Notes under the pieces: generated by a model
The model's database searches: none
Told to the model about the DNA's origin: nothing
The model's input: only the letters and a program-made list of their open reading frames with translations
NCBI GenBank assembly: GCA_965238005.1
Contig: OZ250165.1
Span: forward strand, 832,001 to 896,000
DNA: 64,000 nt
Origin: Longimicrobiales bacterium
GTDB lineage: Bacteria > Gemmatimonadota > Gemmatimonadetes > Longimicrobiales > Gaopeijiaceae
Reading direction: 5' to 3'
Shown: positions 28,991 through 41,509 of the stretch, piece after piece
Layout: every line of letters starts with the position of its first letter
How positions within the stretch are numbered: position 1 is the stretch's first letter
Position numbers and translations under genes: made by a program

Positions 28991-30406
28991 TCAGCGCAAG
29001 CCACGAACCCTTCTAGTCGTATCGCGGGCTTCAACGAACCCCGGGTTGGCCGCTGTACGTTCGAGTGTGTTGGTGGATATTTGGGGTTTGTGAGGACTCC
29101 GCAGCGTAACACCCAGGACCTCGATTCTAGGACCTCCAACAAGCGAACGCAGCACCTCCGAGAGCACGAATGTTGCAGCGACGCAGCCTACGAAGGCAGC
29201 CCCTACGGACCTTCCAGCCACTTCGATGATGCCGCACCTAATCTCGTCATCGGTTAGTTCGGTTGTCCTCCTGAGTCGCCGATAGAAGTCCTGATATGCA
29301 GGTTGGTCAACAAACGAACTTGTGTACGGCACGGCACGCTCAACCCAAGCATTCGCTGCTTCGATGCCTGACGGGAAGGAATGAATCAAGATGTCAAGGT
29401 AGTTCCTTGGGCCGCCGCCCAATCCCGCGTCGACGATCAGATCAAAACCAGCCCCCTCAAGGAGCCGTCTTGGAGCAGGGTCATCGACTCCAACGAGTGC
29501 AGCTCTCGGCTCGTTGACGCTCCGCCGCGTAGCAGAGTCGAAATGCCGTTCAGTTATGGTCGTATTGAACCCTAGCGCTTCCAGGCGGCCGCAGACGACG
29601 CGTGTCTTCTTGTGGCCAACCAGCGAATCATCGCTGAGCATCCCCGTGCTTCCGTTGGCCTTCACGATCCGGTCGAAATCGTGAAGAAGCAGATCAACAG
29701 CTGAGCGGTCCTCGTAGGGCAGGAAGCCCAGCGCCCACGCATATGCCTGTCCGAGGTGGCCGAGACCGATTAGCCAGAGCCGCTTAGGCAAATAGCGACA
29801 TCGTTCACCATAGGCGGACTCATCCCGCCAATCGCACCGCGGTTCCCAAAGCGAAAGCCCAGTTGAGCGCCGACCGGCGACAGCGTTGCCGCGCAGATTC
29901 TGAAATGCCTCCGATACTCCAAGGGATGCTGCAAGCATCCCCGCCAAGGGGAATTCGACTGACTCAGCCAGCCGATCCTTTGTTTCCTCGACGACGCCGC
30001 CCGACCATCCCTCCCAGGTTATGTGCAGAACGAAGCTCCCAACCGACTGTACCTTCACGTCCCCAACTACGAGAGTTGGGTGGTCACGGTCTAGGGATTC
30101 GACAATCTCTCCTCCATAGCTCTCAACGGCGGTGGCCATGTCCATCCCATCAGCCCAGGCCACTCCCATGCGCCCGTGCTCACGAAGACAAACTCGAACG
30201 CCGCCAAGGAAAGCACGAACGGCGGTATTGACCGCAGTCAGCAACATTGCCTGCCGGGTCTCGCTTTCGCTAACACCGACGCCGACGTCGATCTGGAGTA
30301 CATAACCGGCCATGATCTCCTGCGCTTCATCGACGGTGCGAGCGCGACCTTCATCCAATTCGAGCTTGGTAGTGCGGTGAAGCTCGTCGGAGCTGAGTGT
30401 GTCCAT
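28991..30406 (-). CDS. bilD: E1-like ubiquitin-activating enzyme (inactive + active adenylation domains; BilD-like)
   Basis: LIGLGHLG, DFDRIVKANGSTG, GVDD...R, DAGLG, candidate catalytic Cys in IRCG. Confidence 0.8.
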   Translation of the reverse strand: MDTLSSDELHRTTKLELDEGRARTVDEAQEIMAGYVLQIDVGVGVSESETRQAMLLTAVNTAVRAFLGGVRVCLREHGRMGVAWADGMDMATAVESYGGEIVESLDRDHPTLVVGDVKVQSVGSFVLHITWEGWSGGVVEETKDRLAESVEFPLAGMLAASLGVSEAFQNLRGNAVAGRRSTGLSLWEPRCDWRDESAYGERCRYLPKRLWLIGLGHLGQAYAWALGFLPYEDRSAVDLLLHDFDRIVKANGSTGMLSDDSLVGHKKTRVVCGRLEALGFNTTITERHFDSATRRSVNEPRAALVGVDDPAPRRLLEGAGFDLIVDAGLGGGPRNYLDILIHSFPSGIEAANAWVERAVPYTSSFVDQPAYQDFYRRLRRTTELTDDEIRCGIIEVAGRSVGAAFVGCVAATFVLSEVLRSLVGGPRIEVLGVTLRSPHKPQISTNTLERTAANPGFVEARDTTRRVRGLR

Positions 30407-30940
30407 TCACCTGCTCCTTATACGGAGGACGCGTTCTGCCCGTGAGCCAAACCATGATGCCCAGCCACGGTCCCCGCGATACTCGTGAACTCCGACCTCC
30501 CTTGCTTGGACTGGACGAGTACCGTAGTGCGGCACGATAAGCGCGAGATGCCCTTCTCTAGCGATCATAGGGTTCGCTCGATCTATGGAACTTTGGGCGA
30601 CCGAAGTGCTTGGGTGAGTATGGATGTCAGCTACGACCCGGAGGCTCTCCGCATCACACAGATCCCACAGTTTCGCGAAACCAGAGGCTCGAATGTGAAT
30701 GATGCCGACTAGGCATTCGGCATCAAGGTCGTCAAAGTAGGCAGACCTTACCACTATAGGTACTCGCTCTCCCGCATGGGCAAGCAAAAAGACGCCCGCT
30801 TCCCGTCTGCCACCAAGGCTTCTACGACCGAGCTCCTGGACCGTCTCTTGCCACAAGTCGAGGCCAATCTCAAGGCGGGGTCGGCTCGGCCAAAGCCCTC
30901 GGCACCAATGAAAGAGCGATCTAAATGCCCGTGTAATCAT
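30407..30940 (-). CDS. bilC: JAB/JAMM metallopeptidase (BilC-like)
   Basis: REAGVFLL...DIHTHP...QSSID JAMM motif. Confidence 0.82.
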   Translation of the reverse strand: MITRAFRSLFHWCRGLWPSRPRLEIGLDLWQETVQELGRRSLGGRREAGVFLLAHAGERVPIVVRSAYFDDLDAECLVGIIHIRASGFAKLWDLCDAESLRVVADIHTHPSTSVAQSSIDRANPMIAREGHLALIVPHYGTRPVQAREVGVHEYRGDRGWASWFGSRAERVLRIRSR

Positions 30941-31400
30941 CGTTGTTTAGCATCTGGTGCAGGATTTGGAGTAGCCATGCGAGGTCTTTTGAGGAGTCCC
31001 AAACTCGTCGCGGGTGCTGTGTTGTCCAGCTGGAGTGCCCATTCAGGGCCACACGATCAAAAGGTGCGTAGAGCGCCCGCCCACCTTTCCAGTCAGTGCG
31101 AAATACGTGGCCCACTCGTTTCCCCTTGGGCCTCAAAGCCGACTCAAGCACATCTCCGGTTGTCGGATTCCAAGGTGTTGCCGTTGGAGCCGATTCCGGG
31201 TAACCAGCTAGGTCAAATCGCAGCACGTACTCAGAAGGCGCGCTGTCTCTTGGGCCAGCTGTTACGGCAATCATCACGGCAGGCCAAGCGATGTCGCCCA
31301 CGATCTGCCATCTGCCTCGGTCCACACCCTCTTGGAACCGAGCGCTGGCCACATGTTGGCGAAGGACCCGCTCATCTGGGGACACAGAAACTGCAGCCAC
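30921..31400 (-). CDS. bilB: E2-like protein (BilB-like) containing no cysteine
   Basis: LRFDLAGYPESAP E2 signature; located between the Ubl and JAB genes. Confidence 0.68.
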   Translation of the reverse strand: MAAVSVSPDERVLRQHVASARFQEGVDRGRWQIVGDIAWPAVMIAVTAGPRDSAPSEYVLRFDLAGYPESAPTATPWNPTTGDVLESALRPKGKRVGHVFRTDWKGGRALYAPFDRVALNGHSSWTTQHPRRVWDSSKDLAWLLQILHQMLNNDDYTGI

Positions 31401-31403
31401 ACC

Positions 31404-31868
31404 CTAACCCGCGAATCGTTCCCTGGGAAGAAGGTCGAGGCAGACGGAGCAATCGTCATCCGCGTAAAAGCCGATGTGATCTGCTTGGTCAAGCTCGGTG
31501 TCCGTCCCGCAGATCGCGAACACGTGCTTGGCAGCTTCACTGTCAGTCAGCTTGAAGCCTTCCGGGCTTGCAGCCCACTTCAGGATCAAGTCAGCGCTAG
31601 TGGGCGGTGGAAATGATTCCTCTATGGAATCGCCGCCAAAGCGAACCTTGACGAGAACTCCCTTACAGGTAGACACGTGAAGGTGGCACCGTTCGACTAC
31701 ACCTATTTCCGCCAACGTCTTCTCAAGATCAAGCGGCTCCTTACCGTCCTCTAGCCAGACCAAGGCCTCCTCGCCGAGGCACTCTATGGCGAAGTCTCGG
31801 ACTGTCTTGTCAGGGTCGACCTTGATGAACCCTGTCTCAGTAGCTCGCTGGTGAAGAAAGATCTCCAT
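31404..31868 (-). CDS. bilA: Ubiquitin-like protein, probably two beta-grasp domains, C-terminal Gly (BilA-like)
   Basis: ATG 31868 with AAGGAG RBS; 154 aa ending ...LLPRERFAG*; first gene of the operon. Confidence 0.7.
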   Translation of the reverse strand: MEIFLHQRATETGFIKVDPDKTVRDFAIECLGEEALVWLEDGKEPLDLEKTLAEIGVVERCHLHVSTCKGVLVKVRFGGDSIEESFPPPTSADLILKWAASPEGFKLTDSEAAKHVFAICGTDTELDQADHIGFYADDDCSVCLDLLPRERFAG

Positions 31869-31977
31869 CGTACGTTCTCCTTGCACTCGCGGCGCGGTCG
31901 ACGAGCTTGCGCTGCAGCCCGCCGCGATGGTATTGTTTGCGAATCCGACGTGGGATTCGACAAGAGCAATATTGCAC

Positions 31978-32394
31978 ATGAGACGCATAATTGCAAGAGA
32001 GCAACTTCCCAAGACCGATCAAGTAGAACAAAGCAGAGCATCGAGAAAGCGACGCTTTGATGCAGAGGCATTTTACTCGGCCATTGATGCGGAGCGCAGG
32101 AGTCGACGACAGACTTGGAAGTTGGTTGCAGAGGAGGCCCGGGTCAGCGCCTCCACCCTCACCCGTATGGGGCAAGGTAGGCGGCCGGACGTAGACAGTA
32201 TGGCCGCCTTGATAGCGTGGTCTGGTTTGAGCGCAGACATGTTTGTGAAGGACGCCCAAGCAACGCCCGGGCCCAGCTCCTTATCCGTGATCTCAACCTC
32301 CTTGAAGAGCGACCCTTACTTGACCCCAGAGGCAGCCGAAGCCCTAGACGAGTTGATGCGGGCAACTTACGAGCGGATGCGGAAGAAGGACTAG
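31978..32394 (+). CDS. XRE-family HTH regulator divergent from the Bil-like operon (start uncertain)
   Basis: TWKLVAEEARVSASTLTRMGQGRRPDVD. Confidence 0.75.
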   Translation: MRRIIAREQLPKTDQVEQSRASRKRRFDAEAFYSAIDAERRSRRQTWKLVAEEARVSASTLTRMGQGRRPDVDSMAALIAWSGLSADMFVKDAQATPGPSSLSVISTSLKSDPYLTPEAAEALDELMRATYERMRKKD

Positions 32395-32438
32395 CTTGTC
32401 ATGCAGAGGGGAGTTAATATGGGAGCAAACCCCTCTGC

Positions 32439-32522
32439 TGGACTTGACCCGCTTTCGTGGACACCAAACCCTTGGTGGTAGAAGGAGTCCACGATGCCGA
32501 ACACCAGAAAACCCTACCGTAC
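32439..32522 (+). mobile_element. Truncated IS3-family left end (IR + start of orfA)
   Basis: TGGACTTGACCCGCTTTCGTGGACACC...GGAGTCCACGATGCC resembles the IS3 end at 60854. Confidence 0.6.
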
Positions 32523-32603
32523 TCTCTATGTCGGCCTCCTCCTGGTTCGTCCTGAACCGTTCACTGCTCACAACAGGATGCGGCATCGCAGTGCCGGGAG
32601 GAG

Positions 32604-35321
<2,718 letters not shown>

Positions 35322-35742
35322 CTACCGCCAGGCCCGTGAGGCCGCCGACCGCCAGCGCGTGCTCGACTACGCGATGATGGACGCCGCGGCCTCGCTCGCC
35401 TCGACCGTCGAGAGCGCGCAGAGCTCGTTCGACGACCTGACCGCGAATGGCAATCTGTCCAACACGGCGCTCCAGCAGGCGCAGGTCGCGGCAGCGCTGA
35501 CGCAGGGCCGGATCAACGCCGCCGTGGCGCAGGTGCTCGCCTATCAGGCGGTCGAGCAGGCGAACCGGATGCAGCAGGCCGAGATCGACCGGCTCGAGCG
35601 GCTCGCCGAGTGGAGGGACGCGCGCCTCCGTACGAACGCGATGGCCGATGCGATGCGGGCGGCCGCGTTCCAGAACCGCGACCGGCTCCGGGAGGGGCTC
35701 CTCTTCAAGATCCCGTCGTTCTACATGGGCGGCCAGGCATAG
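35322..35742 (+). pseudogene. 5'-truncated VirB5/TrbJ-like gene
   Basis: Helical Gln/Ala-rich C-terminal fragment directly upstream of virB6, cut by the IS3 end. Confidence 0.4.
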
Positions 35743-35760
35743 GCCCCGGGAGCCACTGTC

Positions 35761-36771
35761 ATGCAACTCCTGCCACCGCAGTCGATCGATCCGAACGTCC
35801 CGGCCCAGATCCCCGCGGATCAGCTCCAGGACTTCAAGGGGTTCCTGGACGTCGTGCTCGACACCGTGGTCGGTGGCGCGGCGCCCGACGTGCTCACGCT
35901 CGGCCACCAGCTGTGGGGCGGTCTCGCGGCGATCGTCGTCGCGTGGAGCGGGCTCAAGATCGCGTACAGCGGCACGCTAGAGCCGTGGGCGCTCGTGCGG
36001 GTCGTGCTCGGGATCGCGATCCCCCGGACGCTACTCCATTACTACAGCGTCCCGATCCCGGGCGTGGGCTTCACGTTTCCGGCCATGGTGGCGGCCGGAG
36101 GGATCTGGCTCCAGAACCTGTTCATCTCCGATGTCGTGTCGGTCGGCTACACGGAGATGACCGCGCTCGTCCAGGCGTTCGCCGCACGGCTCGGAGCGGC
36201 ATGGTCGGGCGGGAGCCTGATGACCCTCATGACCGAGGGCGTGAACGTCTTCTTCTCGTCCCTCGTCGCGCTGATGATGGGCGTGCCGCTCGTGCTCGGC
36301 CTGGTCGCGCTCTTCTGCCTGACCTACGCGCAGGTGATCTGGGCGCAGGTGGCGCTCGCGATCGTGATCCTGCTCGGCCCGGTCTTCATCCCCTGGCTGC
36401 TGTTCGAGCCGCTCGCGTTCCTGTTCTGGGGATGGTTCCGCACGCTCATGGTCTACACGCTCTACGGCGTCGTGGCCGGAGCCATCCTGAGGGTCTTCAT
36501 GGGCGTCGGCATGGGCTACGTCACGACCTACACCGGTGCTCTGATGGGCACCGGCTCCTCCGACCCGGCGGAGCTGGGGCTGTGGGTCGTCGTCCTCCTA
36601 CCGCTCGTCGTCTCCGGCCTGATGGCCGGCATGAAGGTGGGCGAGCTCGCCGCGATGCTCGTCTCAGGGTCCGGGTCCGTCGGGTCGGGCATGATGGCGC
36701 TCGTGGTCCGTGGAGGCGGACGCCTCAGCGCTGCCGCGAACCCCGCCCGCCCCCCAATCCCCGGAGGCTGA
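35761..36771 (+). CDS. virB6: VirB6/TrbL-like inner-membrane T4SS protein
   Basis: Polytopic; LAIVILLGPVFIPWLLFEPLAFLFWGW motif; Gly-rich tail. Confidence 0.75.
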   Translation: MQLLPPQSIDPNVPAQIPADQLQDFKGFLDVVLDTVVGGAAPDVLTLGHQLWGGLAAIVVAWSGLKIAYSGTLEPWALVRVVLGIAIPRTLLHYYSVPIPGVGFTFPAMVAAGGIWLQNLFISDVVSVGYTEMTALVQAFAARLGAAWSGGSLMTLMTEGVNVFFSSLVALMMGVPLVLGLVALFCLTYAQVIWAQVALAIVILLGPVFIPWLLFEPLAFLFWGWFRTLMVYTLYGVVAGAILRVFMGVGMGYVTTYTGALMGTGSSDPAELGLWVVVLLPLVVSGLMAGMKVGELAAMLVSGSGSVGSGMMALVVRGGGRLSAAANPARPPIPGG

Positions 36772-36782
36772 AGGAGACGTCC

Positions 36783-37451
36783 ATGAACCGAGAACACGAT
36801 GCCGGCCGCGAGTACGCGGAGATCTGGGGCGAGACCGTCGAGGCGAACCGGAAGCTCCGGACGCTGGCGATGATCCTCGCCACCACATGCCTCACGCTCG
36901 GCGTGCTCCTGCTCCGGGTCGCGACCGTCGAGCCGCCCCGCCCGATCGTGGTGCGGGTCGACGAGGTCGGCCGCGCCGAAGCGGTGGCCTACGAGGCCGC
37001 AACGGCGCAGGCGGATCCGCTCGATCCCACGACCAAGTACTTCCTGAACCGGTTCATCGCCGACTTCTATTCGCGGCGCCAGGCGACGATCGAGGAGCAC
37101 TGGACGCGGAGCCTCCGCTTCCTCTCGACCGAGCTGGCGAACGCGGCGTTCACGCGCGACGGCGCCGAGGTCGCCGCCATGGCGGCCGGCACCGCCGACA
37201 CCGAGATCCAGGTCGAGCAGGTCGTGCTCCGCATCCACCCCGCACCGGAGGCGCCGCACGGCGCGACCGCCGACTTCGACCTGGTCCGCCTCCGGCAGGG
37301 GCAGGAGACGCTGAGGGAGCGGTGGTCGATCACGGTCCGGTTCACGTTCCTCACCGTCATCCCCTCCGAGCTCGTCGTCTACAACCCGATGGGCATCCTC
37401 ATCACCTACCTCCAGGCCGACCGTGCCCTGGTCACGGAGCAGCCCAGGTGA
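36783..37451 (+). CDS. virB8: VirB8/TrbF-like protein
   Basis: Single TM, PIVVRVDEVG, C-terminal NPMGILIT. Confidence 0.75.
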   Translation: MNREHDAGREYAEIWGETVEANRKLRTLAMILATTCLTLGVLLLRVATVEPPRPIVVRVDEVGRAEAVAYEAATAQADPLDPTTKYFLNRFIADFYSRRQATIEEHWTRSLRFLSTELANAAFTRDGAEVAAMAAGTADTEIQVEQVVLRIHPAPEAPHGATADFDLVRLRQGQETLRERWSITVRFTFLTVIPSELVVYNPMGILITYLQADRALVTEQPR

Positions 37452-38383
37452 TCGCCCATCTGCGGGGACGGGAAGCGGCGCTCGAGCCGTTCGGGTGGAC
37501 GGGACGCCAGGCCGAGTGGATCGCGCTGGCATGTCTGCACAGCGGCGTGTTCACCCGCGCCCAGCTCTCCGCCTATCTACGGATCGATCGCTGGCAGGCT
37601 CTTCGGTTCGTCCGGGCCATGTCGGAGCGAAGGCTGGCAGCCGACGAGACACTGGAAGGCCGGAAAGTCTGCCGGATCTGTGGGCGCGGGATCTACCGCG
37701 CGCTCGGCGCCGAGGACATCCGCCACCGCCGGACCGCTTCCGATGAAGTGCTCCTGCGGCGCCTGCTCTCGCTCGACTACGTGCTCGAGCACACCGGCTT
37801 GTCGTGGCTGCCCACCGAGCTGGAGAAGGTCGGCGCGTTCGAGGCGCTCGGCATCGAACGCCGGCTCCTGCCCATCCGGGTCTACCGCGGAGCCGCTGGC
37901 AACACCCGGCGCTATTTCCCGCTTAAACTGCCGGTCGCGCTCGAAGCCGAGCGCGCCGTGTTCGTCTACGTCGATCCCGGACACGATACCACGACGGCGC
38001 TACGCTCGTGGGCCGTGGCACATCGCGGCCTCTGGGAAGCGCTGCGGGAGCGCGGCCGATCCATCGAGGTCGTGGCCGTCGTCCGCACCGTGAGGGAGCT
38101 CGAGCGGGCCCAGACGATCCTCGAGAACTGGACCAACACATCTACAGCATCCGGCCCCTCCGCCGCTCCGGAACCCGACAGTGCGGCCCGCCGCGAGATC
38201 GCCCGAATCGAGCAGGCCATCCGCGCCAAGGATGAGCGGGTGCTCAAAGAGTATGGCGACCTGCAGGCCTGCCTCAAGCGGATCGTCGAGCTGAAGGACC
38301 TCCACCGATCCTCGACTCCAGGAACGATGATCCACGGCTTCGCGACATGGCGCTTGAGACGGCTCTCTGGAGGCGGATTTTGA
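37448..38383 (+). CDS. Hypothetical protein (wHTH-like N-terminus) coupled to virB8
   Basis: GTGA overlap; 311-aa coding-like frame. Confidence 0.6.
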   Translation: MIAHLRGREAALEPFGWTGRQAEWIALACLHSGVFTRAQLSAYLRIDRWQALRFVRAMSERRLAADETLEGRKVCRICGRGIYRALGAEDIRHRRTASDEVLLRRLLSLDYVLEHTGLSWLPTELEKVGAFEALGIERRLLPIRVYRGAAGNTRRYFPLKLPVALEAERAVFVYVDPGHDTTTALRSWAVAHRGLWEALRERGRSIEVVAVVRTVRELERAQTILENWTNTSTASGPSAAPEPDSAARREIARIEQAIRAKDERVLKEYGDLQACLKRIVELKDLHRSSTPGTMIHGFATWRLRRLSGGGF

Positions 38384-38447
38384 ACGCGGATCGGCGAGCG
38401 TCGGTGCTGATCGGCGAGTGCACATCAGACAACGGGGTGCATGTGCA

Positions 38448-38653
38448 CCGAAACGCCATTTCCATGTGCGCGCCAGCGCTCCCTTATGTGGCTGGCTGTC
38501 TTGCAGTTGTGGCACGGCCGCCGGAGCTGCGACGCCGCTCCGGAGCTTTCGGCCGAAGAAGGGAGCGACCCCCCCTTTGGGGATGCCTCGATCGGCATCG
38601 GGGAGGGTTGGCATGTGCACACCCATGCCACCCTCCCACGCGGGGTCGCTCCC
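38448..38653. other. Conserved structured non-coding element upstream of virD4 (candidate oriT)
   Basis: 38448-38595 recurs at 56553-56700 with about 6 mismatches; 12-bp inverted repeat 38561-38572 / 38642-38653. Confidence 0.5.
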
Positions 38654-38687
38654 AGCCATGGATCCCTACGGGAAGGTTGTCACAGCG

Positions 38688-40205
38688 ATGCTGAGGCCGG
38701 CGACGCTCGTCCTCATGGGCCTCGCTTCGGCGGCCGCGATCGCCCACGCCTTCCGGGCGCCGTTCCCCGGACCCGGCGGCAACCCCGTGCTGGACTTGAT
38801 CGCCTACCACGATCCGGGCTTCCACACGGTGATCCGCGTCTGGTACTACGTGGCGCCCGCCGTCGCCGTGGTGCTCTTCGGCAGCCTCGGCCTCTCGGTC
38901 TGGAGAGTCTGGCTCCAGCCACGAGCGGGAGGAGGGCGCCGGGGCACGTTGCCACCCTGGCCCGCCTCGCCCGAGGACGAGACACCATCGCTGGTGATCG
39001 GCGAGCTCCACCATCCCGTCGTCCCGCGCGAGAGCGAGCGGCCGTCCTGGCTCGTCGTTCCCGAGACGGGGCTCTACACCGGCGTGCTCATCGTCGGGGC
39101 GGTCGGCTCCGGCAAGACCTCGGCCTGCATGTATCCGTTCGCCCAGCAGCTCCTCTCGTGGCAGGCCGACCGCCCCGCACGCCGGGCCAGCGCCTTGGTG
39201 CTCGAGGTCAAGGGCGACTTCTGCCACAGCGTGCGGGGGATCCTCGAGGAGGCCGGCCGCGTGGACGACTACCTGGAAATCGGGCTGGACGGGTCCTGGC
39301 AGTGGAACCCGCTCGACGATCCGCTGCTCGACACTTACTCGCTCGCCTACAGCGTCTCATCCCTGATCAACCAGCTCTTCGGCAAGAGCCGCGAGCCATT
39401 CTGGCAGCAAGCCTATACGAATCTCGTGCGCTGGATCGTCGAACTGCACCGGCTCCTGCCGGGGGGCTGGGTCACGCTGCAGGACGTCTACCGCTGCACG
39501 ATCGACGCGGAGCTGTTCGCGCAAAAGATCCGCGCGGCCCGGGACCTGGTGGCTGAGGCGTGCCCGGCGCGCGTCGTCATCTCCCACGACGACATGATCG
39601 GCCATCCGGAAGCGCTGAATGACTGGGTCTGGATATATACCTCCGGTGAGGACACGGTGACGTGCCGGCTCGACCCGGTCCTCCGGGATCGGCTCGCCGA
39701 GCTCGAGATCCCGTTCGAGACCGAGGAAGGCGAGAGCGGCGCAGGCAGCGAACTCAGGGAGCAGGTGGAGGCGATCGAGCGCTGGTACCTGAATGACTGG
39801 ATGGCGCTCGATGCCAAGCTCCGCACCTCGATCGTCGAGGGCATCTCCGTCTTCCTCTCGCTCTTCGACCAGCCGCAGGTCGCGAGCGTGTTCTGTCCGC
39901 CGCCGCCGGAATCGGATGAGTCCCCATCTATACATATAGGTACCGATGCGCCCGACGAGGATGCGGCGGCCGTCCGGCCCATGCCGGGCCTCCGCCGCCG
40001 GCTGCCGCCGCTCGCCGAGTTGATCGAGGGCGGCAAGGTCCTCGCGCTCAACATGCCCGCGGGCGCGAACCCGGCGCTCGGACGCGCGATCGGCGTGCTG
40101 CTCAAGAACGCCTGGATGCAGGCGCTGCTGCGGCGGCCCGCCGAGGCCGCCCGCCGGCCCGGCCGCTACCTCCGGCCCGCCGTGTTCATCTGCGACGAGT
40201 ACCAG
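38688..40205 (+). pseudogene. virD4: VirD4 copy 2, 5' part, interrupted at DEYQ
   Basis: Colinear with copy 1 up to FICDEYQ, then unrelated AT-rich sequence. Confidence 0.85.
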
Positions 40206-40575
40206 TCCGACAAGAAAAATATCATAACGCTATATGTAATAATTAGTTATGATGCCGTCGCTTGCCCGCGATCACCCCTGCAATCACCCTTTGCGCGGCG
40301 GGTAGCGGAATCCCATGGAGCAGCCCCGTTCGCCGTTCAGTCGTTCGGCCGTCCCGTGGGACCCGGCGTCGTCCCATAGCGACTCCCGGCAACTCAAGTT
40401 CGACAGCGGCCGCATCTCGGGGATGAGACACGCCTCTCAAAATGGCCGGCCCGCAGGGCGGCTGTCCAGTGAAGCAACCGGCAACCCGAAAGCCGCGACC
40501 ACATCGCGCGTCCCTGCAAGTTATCATGATGAGCGACGGGACCCTGGCCACACTTCGGGCGAGGAGAAGGGGATT

Positions 40576-40908
40576 ATGACCAAGGCAGACCTGGTCGAGC
40601 AGGTCGCCGATGCGGTTGGACCGCGAGTCACCAAGAGGGACTGCGGGCTGGTGGTCGACGCCTTCCTCGACGCTGTGAAGGACGCGCTTGCGCACGGGGA
40701 GGGCATCGAGCTCCGGGGCTTCGGCACCTTCAAGGTGCGGCACCGCAAGGGCCGCAAGGCCCGCAACCCCAGGACCGGCAAACCTGTGGAGGTCCCGCCC
40801 CGCGCGGTGCCCGTCTTCCAACCGTCGAGACACCTCCGCAGGCAGGTGGACCGAGGCCACAGCTCGTCCGTCACGGGGGAGCCCTTGGAGGCCGTTGGCA
40901 AGCCGTAG
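40576..40908 (+). CDS. HU/IHF-family DNA-binding protein
   Basis: MTKADLV...IELRGFGTF...ARNPRTG...PVFQPS. Confidence 0.88.
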   Translation: MTKADLVEQVADAVGPRVTKRDCGLVVDAFLDAVKDALAHGEGIELRGFGTFKVRHRKGRKARNPRTGKPVEVPPRAVPVFQPSRHLRRQVDRGHSSSVTGEPLEAVGKP

Positions 40909-41509
40909 CCTGCCCGCCACGACCGCGTCGCTGGCCGTGGGTGGAAGGGCTGGCTCACGCCCCTTAAGGTGCGTAAGCCAGCCCACGCAGTGTTTAACAC
41001 TGCGGCCTGGCAAGGGGGCGCTACGCCCCCCCTTAGACCCCCCGGCTTCCCGTCCCGCTGCCGGAGCGGCGGGCGGCGGGGTGCGACGCCCCCCGAACCC
41101 CGTCGCCGGTGCTGCGGCTGAGCGCTGCCCCGTCGTGGCCGACGATCCGGCCGACGTGATCCTCAACGGACCCGCAGCCGGGAACTTGGTCGTGACCGGC
41201 AAGGGCGTGAGGTTCCGCCCGTGGGGGAGTCCCGGCCGACGGGGTGGCGACCGCCGGGGCGACCGGCCCCGAGTCCCACCGAGCCCGGAACACCGCTCAC
41301 ACGGGGATTCCGGGCGTTCCGGGGCCGGTTGGGCGGAATCCGAGGCCGTAGGATCGCCTGTGACGCGCGAACTCGACACCCGGAGGGGTATCCCCCGGTT
41401 TCCCGACCGCCCTTCGCAGCCCCTTTGCTCGAATCACAGCAAAGAGGTTCTGCCCTGGGACGTTTCGGCTGCTCTTCAACGCACTGGTCGCGCGGCGTAG
41501 ATTGCTATC

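Noticed and set aside
28991..31868. CBASS Cap2/Cap3 or a ThiF/MoeB cofactor-biosynthesis operon
   Set aside because: No CD-NTase or thiamine/molybdopterin genes are present, and the separate Ubl-E2-JAB-E1 order fits a Bil-type operon.
32401..32438. Start of an IrrE/CapP-like gene (MQRGV...)
   Set aside because: Only about 12 codons precede the IS end, too short to support a call.
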